Positions 25,484 to 32,476 of a stretch of 32,650 nt of DNA are shown here, in pieces (the first letter of the stretch is position 1; the number at the start of each line of letters is the position of its first letter). Where the stretch lies: NCBI GenBank assembly GCA_016195115.1, contig JACQAI010000723.1:1-32650 (forward strand), given 5' to 3'. This DNA is from Pseudomonadota bacterium (GTDB taxonomy: Bacteria; Pseudomonadota; Alphaproteobacteria; Elsterales; Elsteraceae). The translations under genes were made by a program, and so were the position numbers. Below the pieces are notes generated by a model, which ran no database searches, was not told the origin of the DNA, and saw only the letters and a list, made by a program, of their open reading frames with translations.

Positions 25484-26770
25484 TCAGCTGACCGTCACGC
25501 CGCCCGGCCAAGCTTCGACTCCCGGCCCGAAGAGTTGGGGATACCGGAGGCAGGGGTGATCCCGGTGCTGCAGATCGATGACGAAGACCGTGCCGGGATT
25601 GAAATAGTGGTAGAGCAGGCTCGGTCGCATCGCGAAGGCGAGGCCCGACTTGCTCAGCATCGAATAGTACTGATTCGCCCAGCCGCGCGCCGGGATGTGC
25701 CAGAGGCTCGGCAGGGTCGCGAAGAACTCGTTGGTCGGCTCGACCAGAACGATCAGCTTTCGGGTCACTCGCCGAATCTCCGAGAAGCATCGCTCCAGAT
25801 GCTCGCCGGTTTGCTCCAGCGCATAGGACGTCACGCTGATGTCCACCGACTTATCGGGCAGCTGGATGTTCGTCATGGTCATGACGTCGAACCGGGCGGC
25901 TGAGCCGTGCAGCTCCGCATGCAGCCGCGCGCCGTTGATGCGCCACGGCGACGAGTCGGTGCCGAGCACCGACTTGTAGCGACCGGAGGCCGCGAGGTAG
26001 CACGCGAGGAACCCGCTGCCGCAACCGACATCGAGCACGCTGTCCATTCCCTCGACCGCGATCACGAAGTTGGCGATCGCGCGGTAGAAGTCGCTGGTGT
26101 GGACGAGCGATCCGTCGCGCAACATGAGGGTCGAGAACGATGCGCCATGCTCCTCGGGCAGCAAGTCGAGCGTCTGCTGGGCGAGATCGGTCGCCAGCCG
26201 CGGGTACCAATAGTCGGAGACCTCGGGATCGCGGTGGGTCGCCGGGATCGGCGGGTCGAAGTCGGCCTTGACAAGCTGGTCCCCCAGCCAGCGATGGACG
26301 GTGCGGAGATAGTCGCGCTGCCGCTCCGGACCCAGCCGGCGCACCCGCACCTCGCGGGGCCGCAAGTCGGGCCGCACCTGGGCCTGCCAGGGCGCCAGGT
26401 CATGGACGCCGCGGCGGTCGATGAACCGCTTGTCGTCGGCCTCGAGATAGCAGGCGAGGATGATCGCCTCGTGATCGGCGACGGGATCGAGCCCGAGGAC
26501 CGTGATGCTGTCGAAGCGCCGCTGACGCAGCGGTCGCCATACCTCCGGGTGCTTTTCGAGACCGATTTCCGTGTCATAGGGGATGACGTCGGAAAACCGC
26601 GCGCGCTCGAACGCAATGCTGCTCGGGTGCACGATCACGGCGCCGTCGCGGGCCGCATCGGCAACCGGCGGGACGATCGCGGGATTGCCGAGCAGGTTGT
26701 TCAGCACCCGCTCGACGTCGGCCGCGCCGAATTGCCGGAACGATGTCGAGACGATGATCAGCGCGGGCAC
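25484..26770 (-). CDS. Two-domain protein: unknown N-terminal domain (~230 aa) plus a class I SAM-dependent methyltransferase
   Basis: 428 aa with GTG start at 26770. It has SAM motif I (VLDVGCGSGFLACYLA) and a post-I acidic residue (LGTDSS), followed by DISVTSYALEQ. The antisense ORF 25907-26953 is a shadow ORF. Confidence 0.8.
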   Translation of the reverse strand: MPALIIVSTSFRQFGAADVERVLNNLLGNPAIVPPVADAARDGAVIVHPSSIAFERARFSDVIPYDTEIGLEKHPEVWRPLRQRRFDSITVLGLDPVADHEAIILACYLEADDKRFIDRRGVHDLAPWQAQVRPDLRPREVRVRRLGPERQRDYLRTVHRWLGDQLVKADFDPPIPATHRDPEVSDYWYPRLATDLAQQTLDLLPEEHGASFSTLMLRDGSLVHTSDFYRAIANFVIAVEGMDSVLDVGCGSGFLACYLAASGRYKSVLGTDSSPWRINGARLHAELHGSAARFDVMTMTNIQLPDKSVDISVTSYALEQTGEHLERCFSEIRRVTRKLIVLVEPTNEFFATLPSLWHIPARGWANQYYSMLSKSGLAFAMRPSLLYHYFNPGTVFVIDLQHRDHPCLRYPQLFGPGVEAWPGGVTVS

Positions 26771-26971
26771 GGCGCGATCCCGCGGGGCCCGCAGCGGGCA
26801 CCCCGGCTCAAGGCACTAGTACGGGAGGACATCGATCTCACGGAAGGCCTCGGCGGAATTGATCCATTCCGGACGCCCCCCGTTATGATCAGGTCTCGCC
26901 GGATATTCAACACGCCACCATCGGCGCGGAACGCCGCGAGCGTCGTGCGATGAGGCGGCCGGCCCGCGGCG

Positions 26972-27991
26972 TCACGGGCGCCCCGGCGCGCCGGCGTTGC
27001 GCAGCATGCGGTCGATCCGGGCCGCGTTCTGCCAGCGCGCGGGATTGCGCAGGGCGGCGGGGTCCGGCTCGGACAACGCGGGCGGCGGCCTGGAAATACA
27101 GGATGACTTCAGGATGGCCGCAGCCCGTTCGCCCTTCTCGCCTACCCCTGACTCCATCATGGCCGCCCCCGGGCTCGACCCGGGGGCCGACCCGGCCATC
27201 ATGACGGCCGCCTGAGCTGCGGCCTGTGGCGCCGCCCGTCGCGATGGCCGGGTCGAGCCCGGCCATGACGGGGCTGGTGAGGAAGGCCCGACTGGTGCGA
27301 CGGGCTCATCCCTGGAAATACAGGTCGAATTCAGGCCAGGGCCTGCTTCCGCGACCGGATCGGCGGGCGCGGCCCGGAGCTCAACGAGGAACTCCGGCTG
27401 GAGCCCGGTGCGGATCGCCGCGATGACCTCGGCACGCATCGCCGCGATGACTTCGGCGCGGATCGTCGGCTCGAGCTCGGTGCGCAGCGCCGCGGCGACC
27501 TCGGCGCGGAGCACGTCGTCCCGGAGGAGGTGCTGGCGGACCCGCACGCCCTCTTCCGCCAGGATCTCGGCCCGCGACCGCTCGTCGACCGCCGGTGTCT
27601 CTGCTGCTGCGGCAACCTTGCGCTCGGTTTCGATCACCCGCGCGGCCTCGACCGCCTCGGCCGTCGTGATGTCGCCGCGCGCCATGGCGGCGAACACCGC
27701 CTCGCAGCGATCGAGCAGGCTGGCGTCCGCCGGCACCGCGATCTCGACCGGCCGGCCGCGCGGCTTGGGCTCGATCCAGGCGAACAGGAAGCGGCCGTCG
27801 ACCCCGCTGCCATCCAGCGCGCGCTCGACGACCTTGCGCATCACGGTGTCGGCGTCGTCGTCCGGCAGCACGCCCCGCAGCCGGGTCGACCAGTTCAAGG
27901 TGCCGAGCGGCTTGCCGGCCGGATTGCCCGAGCAACCGGGCACGAAGCGGCCGTGGGCATCGCGCCCGGCCGCCGCGGATGGCTCTGTCAT
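26972..27991 (-). CDS. DUF5681-like protein; the C-terminal third is probably an artefactual or acquired extension through REP-like repeats
   Basis: ATG 27991 has GGAGG 8 nt upstream. The N-terminus GRFVPGCSGNPAGKPLG and the segment RCEAVFAAMARGDITTAEAVEAARVIE fit the DUF5681 pattern common in phage and mobile-element contexts. Below about 27340 the frame runs through palindromic repeats. Confidence 0.55.
   Translation of the reverse strand: MTEPSAAAGRDAHGRFVPGCSGNPAGKPLGTLNWSTRLRGVLPDDDADTVMRKVVERALDGSGVDGRFLFAWIEPKPRGRPVEIAVPADASLLDRCEAVFAAMARGDITTAEAVEAARVIETERKVAAAAETPAVDERSRAEILAEEGVRVRQHLLRDDVLRAEVAAALRTELEPTIRAEVIAAMRAEVIAAIRTGLQPEFLVELRAAPADPVAEAGPGLNSTCISRDEPVAPVGPSSPAPSWPGSTRPSRRAAPQAAAQAAVMMAGSAPGSSPGAAMMESGVGEKGERAAAILKSSCISRPPPALSEPDPAALRNPARWQNAARIDRMLRNAGAPGRP
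27089..27335. repeat. Cluster of GC-rich REP-like palindromes bracketed by a 25-nt direct repeat
   Basis: The direct repeat CCTGGAAATACAGGnnnnnTTCAGG occurs at 27089-27113 and 27311-27335. Hairpins are CCCCCGGG-ctcga-CCCGGGGG (27166-27186), nested within ATGGCCG...CGGCCAT (27159-27199), and ATGGCCGGG-tcgag-CCCGGCCAT (27244-27266). Confidence 0.65.
27414..27509. repeat. Four tandem in-frame 24-nt repeats (octapeptide RAEVxAAx repeats) inside the DUF5681-like gene
   Basis: The units are 27414-27437, 27438-27461 (3 mismatches to unit 1), 27462-27485 and 27486-27509 (both more diverged). On the minus strand they encode RAEVAAAL-RTELEPTI-RAEVIAAM-RAEVIAAI. Confidence 0.7.
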
Positions 27992-28223
27992 GGAAAACCT
28001 CCACCAAAGCTGCGCAATGGCAGCGTTGGGGAGTCATATATACCTTAACGGAATTATGTCAATACCATATGGATGCATCCGGAACGGAGCACCCCGCGCC
28101 ATCAAGCACTGCAGCCAGAGCCGGGCAGCAGACGCTGAGGGTACCGTCCAGTATACCCGTACAGCGGGCCGACGCTTCGGGGGCTCTGACGATGACCATA
28201 AACACGGGTGTGGGACGGAAGCG

Positions 28224-28778
28224 GTGAGTATCCGCCGCGATCGTCGGCCGTACGAGGAGGCACTCGCCGAATGCGGCGTGCTGGGGGTGCTTACCCCGTT
28301 CGACCCGCGCATCGTCGGCACGCCCCCGCTTGGGCTCGACGTGCCGGGCAGCGACATCGACATACTTTGTTTTGCACCGGACGCGCACGCCTTCACTGAG
28401 ACCGTGTGGCACAACTTCTCCAATGCGCAAGGTTTCGTGGCGAAGCAGTTGGTGAGGTCGCCGAGGCCCGTGGTCGCGTCCTTCGAGGTGGCGGGATGGC
28501 GAATTGAACTTTATGGCGAAGCGATCCCCGTCGAGCAGCAACGCGGCTGGCGGCATTTTGCTGTCGAACGACGCCTGCTCACCCTTGGTGGGGAAGACCT
28601 GACGGTGGCCGTGCTCGCCCTGCGCCAGCAGGGCATGAAAACGGAACCCGCGTTCGCCACCGCGCTCAGACTGAGGGGCGATCCTTACCTCGCGCTGATC
28701 GATCTGGGCGAGCAGGATAACGGGACGCTGGTCTCGGTGCTGCGGGCGGGAGGTTTTACCAGAGCAACCTCTCCATGA
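28224..28778 (+). CDS. DUF4269-like (nucleotidyltransferase-fold) protein
   Basis: 184 aa from GTG 28224; an in-frame ATG at 28056 would give 240 aa. The pattern LTPFDPRIVGTPPLGLDVPGSDIDILCFAPD...WRIELYGEAIPVEQQRGWRHF resembles DUF4269. The rest of track ORF 27408-28778 is antisense to the DUF5681-like gene. Confidence 0.55.
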   Translation: MSIRRDRRPYEEALAECGVLGVLTPFDPRIVGTPPLGLDVPGSDIDILCFAPDAHAFTETVWHNFSNAQGFVAKQLVRSPRPVVASFEVAGWRIELYGEAIPVEQQRGWRHFAVERRLLTLGGEDLTVAVLALRQQGMKTEPAFATALRLRGDPYLALIDLGEQDNGTLVSVLRAGGFTRATSP

Positions 28779-29062
28779 CTCCGTCGAGCTCCTGCAAAAC
28801 CTGCGTATTGGAATCGCGGTGATCCCGCCGCATCCATGATGCGTGCGCGGATATTGCCGAAGCGGACGATCGTGCCATCCGCCCGACATCCGCGAACAGC
28901 CGTTCGACCTCGCAGTTGACGATAGCCGGATCGACCGGAGTGCAGGAAATTTCGTGCGCGCGCAGCATCGCTTCGGCGTCGGCTGCGATCGTCGAGCCGG
29001 TTACGAGAATCGCGCCGGTCGCAAGCGAAACGCGTCTTTGGCGGGCAGCCGACCTTGATCAC
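28756..29062 (-). pseudogene. Possible degraded gene remnant (two overlapping frames, no recognisable family)
   Basis: Protein-like stretches lie in different minus-strand frames (LATGAILVTGSTIAADAEAMLRAHEISCTPVDPAIVNCEVERLF in one frame; DGTIVRFGNIRARIMDAAG in another). There is no convincing start or RBS. The region has lower GC. Confidence 0.2.
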
Positions 29063-29114
29063 GTGACGATGGGATGAGGTATGCTGCCATGACGCACCGC
29101 ACAGGAGCGACCCC

Positions 29115-30047
29115 GTGCAGGAATCCGGCGCCCAGACCCATGTTCACGATCCCCGCAACGACGCGGTGCTCGTGTCCGTGAACGGCAAGCTCGTGCCGCG
29201 CGGCGAGGCCACGGTCTCGGTGTTCGACAGCGGCTTCGTGCTGGGCGACGGGGTGTGGGAGGGCTTTCGCCTCGTCCGCGGGGTCGTCGTCTTCGCCAAG
29301 CAGCATCTGGATCGGCTGTTCGCCGGCGCCACCGCGATCGACCTGCGGATCGGCCGGTCGCCGCAGCAACTGCTGGCGGCGATCCAGGAGACCTGCACGG
29401 CGAACGGCATGACGGACGGCGTGCATATCCGCCTGATGGTCACCCGCGGACCCAAGAGCACGCCCAACCAGGATCCGCGCAACGTGGTCGGTCCGCCGAC
29501 CGTCGTCATCGCGGCGGAGTACAAGTCGCCCGACCCCGCGATCAAGACCAAGGGGATCGTGCTGTTCACCAGCACGTTTCGCTGCAGCGGGCCGGACGTG
29601 TTCGACCTGCGCCTGAACTCGCACAGCCGGCTCAACCTTATCCAAGCGCTGATCCAGGCGATCAAGGCCGGCGCGCACGAGGCCCTGATGCTCGACCCGA
29701 GCGGCTTCGTGGCGAGTTGCAATTCGACGAATTTCTTCATCGTCGCGGGCGGACGCGTCGTCACCTCGACGGGGCGGTTCAATTTCCTGGGTATCACCCG
29801 GCAGAACGTCATCGCGCTGTGCAGCGCCAACGGCATTCCGCTCGAGCAGCGGGATTTCACGCTCGCCGAGGCCTACGGCGCCGAGGAAGCCTTCGTGACC
29901 GGCACGTTCGGCGGGCTGACGCCGGTCGCGGCGATCGACGGCCGCCCGATCGGAACCCATCGGCCGGGCGCGACGACCGCCCGCTTGATCGAGCTCTACC
30001 GCGAGTTGGTGGACCACAACGTGAAGTCCGGCACGGGCAGCGTGTAG
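29115..30047 (+). CDS. Class IV (fold type IV) PLP aminotransferase (BCAT / D-amino-acid aminotransferase family)
   Basis: 310 aa. GTG 29115 follows AGGAGC. Motifs are SVFDSGFVLGDGVWEGFR, HLDRL, and NFFIV..GRVVT......LGITR, with a C-terminal EAFVTGT. Confidence 0.85.
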   Translation: MQESGAQTHVHDPRNDAVLVSVNGKLVPRGEATVSVFDSGFVLGDGVWEGFRLVRGVVVFAKQHLDRLFAGATAIDLRIGRSPQQLLAAIQETCTANGMTDGVHIRLMVTRGPKSTPNQDPRNVVGPPTVVIAAEYKSPDPAIKTKGIVLFTSTFRCSGPDVFDLRLNSHSRLNLIQALIQAIKAGAHEALMLDPSGFVASCNSTNFFIVAGGRVVTSTGRFNFLGITRQNVIALCSANGIPLEQRDFTLAEAYGAEEAFVTGTFGGLTPVAAIDGRPIGTHRPGATTARLIELYRELVDHNVKSGTGSV

Positions 30048-30202
30048 TCCAGCCCGGCCTTGCCACGTTCGGGCACGTCCGCCGCCGGCAAGCCGACCGT
30101 CAATATCGTTTGTGTCTGAGGGATTTATTGGCGCATCGTCGTATCGGATACGAGACCGCTCCGCGATCGACCGGCCGCCGGCATCATGAAGGGGAGACAA
30201 CG

Positions 30203-31240
30203 ATGATGGGTTTCAGGGCAGCGCTCGCGTCGCTCGCCGTCGCGGCGGCCGCGATGATCCCGGGTCCGGCCGACGCGGGGCTTGGCGACACGGTCAAGAC
30301 CATCAAGGAGCGCGGGCACCTGCTGTGCACCGGGCACAACGGCACCTATCTGGGGTTCGCCGAAGTCGACAGCACAGGCAATTGGCATGGCTTCGACATC
30401 GAGCTTTGCAAGGCGATGGCCACGGCAATTCTCGGCGCCCCGACCAAGCTGAAGATCGTGCCGGTCAGCTTCGCGCAGCGGTTCCCCGCGCTCCAATCGG
30501 GCGACATCGACGTGATCATCAAGGTGACGGGATGGACCCTCGGCCGCGACACCGAGCTCGGCCTGCAGTTCAGCCGCCCGTACTTCCTGGGCGCGACGCA
30601 AATCGCGGTGAACGTCAGCACCGGCGCCAAGTCGGCCAAGGACCTGAACGGCGCGTCGGTGTGCTCGGCGGCCGGAACCAGCACCGAGCGGCTCGCCGCG
30701 GACTACCTGACCAACCTCAAGGTCAAGTTCGAGGTCGTCTCGTTCGAGAAGGTCGAGGAGATGCGCAGCGCCTTCTTCTCCGGCCGCTGCGACGCCATCG
30801 CGCTGTGGGGGCCGAACCTGGCGATCTCGATCGCCCAAGCCGCCGATCCGAGCAAGTACGCCGCCCTGCCCGATATCCTGGCGGTCGAGCCCCAGAGCAT
30901 CGCGATGCGCCAGGGCGACGACCACTTCGTCGACGTCGCCAATTGGCTGCTCACGGCGCTGTTGGTGGCCGAGGAATACGGCATCACGAGCGAGAATATC
31001 GACCAGCACAAAGCCAAGCCGGCCAACCCGACGGTCGAGCGGCTGCTCGGCGTCACGCCGGGCATCGGCAAGCGTCTCGGCCTCAGCGAGACCTGGGCCT
31101 ACGACGTCATCAAGGCGGTCGGCAGCTACAAGCAGATCTTCGACCGGACCTTGGGCGACGGCTCGCCGTACAAGATGAAGCGCGCCATCAACGGGCTGAT
31201 CCGCGACGGCGGGGTGATGTACCCGCTGATCATCGACTGA
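30203..31240 (+). CDS. aapJ: General L-amino-acid ABC transporter substrate-binding protein
   Basis: ATG 30203 follows AAGGGGAG. It has a signal peptide (ALASLAVAAAAMIPGPADA) and an AapJ-like pattern (TVKTIKERGHLLCTGHNGTYLGFAEVDSTGNWHGFDIELCKA...GITSENID). Confidence 0.9.
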   Translation: MMGFRAALASLAVAAAAMIPGPADAGLGDTVKTIKERGHLLCTGHNGTYLGFAEVDSTGNWHGFDIELCKAMATAILGAPTKLKIVPVSFAQRFPALQSGDIDVIIKVTGWTLGRDTELGLQFSRPYFLGATQIAVNVSTGAKSAKDLNGASVCSAAGTSTERLAADYLTNLKVKFEVVSFEKVEEMRSAFFSGRCDAIALWGPNLAISIAQAADPSKYAALPDILAVEPQSIAMRQGDDHFVDVANWLLTALLVAEEYGITSENIDQHKAKPANPTVERLLGVTPGIGKRLGLSETWAYDVIKAVGSYKQIFDRTLGDGSPYKMKRAINGLIRDGGVMYPLIID

Positions 31241-31269
31241 CCCTCGCGTGCCGCCCGGCGTCTGACACG

Positions 31270-31288
31270 ACGGCCGCCCGGCGGCCGT
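31270..31288 (+). other. Intercistronic stem-loop between aapJ and aapQ
   Basis: ACGGCCGC-ccg-GCGGCCGT is an 8-bp perfect stem. Such hairpins after binding-protein genes commonly stabilise the upstream mRNA segment; that role is inference only. Confidence 0.3.
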
Positions 31289-31304
31289 GAGGGTGCCTGG
31301 TCGA

Positions 31305-32459
31305 ATGACGGCATTGCTCCGCAGCGGACGGTTCCGCGGCTTGGTCTACCAGGCGACGCTGGTCGTCACCGTGTGCGCGGTGTTGATCATGCTGGTCGTC
31401 AACACCCGCCAGAACCTGGTCGCCCAGGGCATCGCCAGCGGCTTCGATTTCCTCGAGCGCTCGACGGGGTGGAACGTCTCCTTCGCCTTGATGGACTACG
31501 CGATCCGGGACCCGTACTGGCGCGTGCTTCTCGTGGGCTTCGAGAACACGATCTTCGTCGGGCTGCTCAGCCTGGTCTTCGCGACCGTGCTCGGCACGTT
31601 GATCGGCATCGCGCGGGTCGGCCGCAACCCGTTGCTGAGCCTGCTCGGTACGGTCCATGTCGAGATCTTTCGCAACGTGCCCCTGATCCTCCAGGGCCTG
31701 TTCTGGTACGCGGTCCTGACGCACCTGCCGCCGCCACGGCAGGCGATCGCGCTGTGGGATGCCATCTATCTGTCCAGCCGCGGCATCTACGTCCCGTTCG
31801 TCGCGCTGTCGCACGGGACATTCCTGGCGGTCGTGGCGACGATCTTGATCGCGGCCGCGGCGATCTATCTGGCGCCACGGGTGCCTCGTGTCAGGTTTCG
31901 CACAACCCGCCGCGGCGTCGTTATCGCGGCGGTCGCGATCAGCCTTGCGGTGATCGTCGGCAATCATGACCCGCAGGTCGGCCTGTTCACGACGCCGCGG
32001 CTGCTCGGCCTGCGCTTCGAAGGCGGCCTGCGCTTGACCCCCGAGTTCGCCGCCCTGTTCATCGCCATCGTCGGCTTCGGCAGCGCCTACATCGCCGAGA
32101 TCGTCCGCGGCGGCCTGCTCTCGGTCAACCAGGGGCAGCTCGAGGCGGCGCGCGCGCTCGGGCTCAGTCCGTTCCGTGTCACCTGGCACGTCCGCATACC
32201 GCTGGCCTTGCGGAGCGTCGTGCCGCCGTTGGGCAATCAGTTCATTTGGCTGATGAAGGCGACGACCGTCGGCATCGCCTTCGGCTTCAGCGATCTCTTC
32301 ATGGTCAGCTCGACGGCGATCAACCAGAGCGGCCAGACCATCGAAATCCTGTTCCTCATGATGGCCGGGTTCCTGCTCATCAACTACGTCATCGCGTCGA
32401 TCATGAACGCGCTCAACCGCTCGATCGCCCTCAAGGGCTTCGGGACGAAGCGCGGCTGA
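31305..32459 (+). CDS. aapQ: General L-amino-acid ABC transporter permease
   Basis: It is a multi-helix membrane protein with an EAA-like loop (LSVNQGQLEAARALGLSPFRVTWHVRIPLALRSVVPPLGNQF). Start is ATG 31305; the alternative is GTG 31287. Confidence 0.9.
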   Translation: MTALLRSGRFRGLVYQATLVVTVCAVLIMLVVNTRQNLVAQGIASGFDFLERSTGWNVSFALMDYAIRDPYWRVLLVGFENTIFVGLLSLVFATVLGTLIGIARVGRNPLLSLLGTVHVEIFRNVPLILQGLFWYAVLTHLPPPRQAIALWDAIYLSSRGIYVPFVALSHGTFLAVVATILIAAAAIYLAPRVPRVRFRTTRRGVVIAAVAISLAVIVGNHDPQVGLFTTPRLLGLRFEGGLRLTPEFAALFIAIVGFGSAYIAEIVRGGLLSVNQGQLEAARALGLSPFRVTWHVRIPLALRSVVPPLGNQFIWLMKATTVGIAFGFSDLFMVSSTAINQSGQTIEILFLMMAGFLLINYVIASIMNALNRSIALKGFGTKRG

Positions 32460-32476
32460 CCCCCGATGGGACCCTC

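Noticed and set aside
27089-27509. Possible CRISPR array or MITE suggested by direct repeats and palindromes
   Set aside because: There are only two copies of the 25-nt direct repeat, 222 nt apart. The interior is REP-type GC hairpins rather than unique spacers. The 24-nt tandem repeats are in-frame coding repeats. No cas or transposase genes are present anywhere in the window.
27408-28778. 456-aa plus-strand ORF spanning the DUF5681 gene region
   Set aside because: The first ~270 aa are antisense to the well-supported DUF5681-like gene and cross the AT-rich promoter gap. Only the last 184-240 aa (DUF4269-like) were kept.
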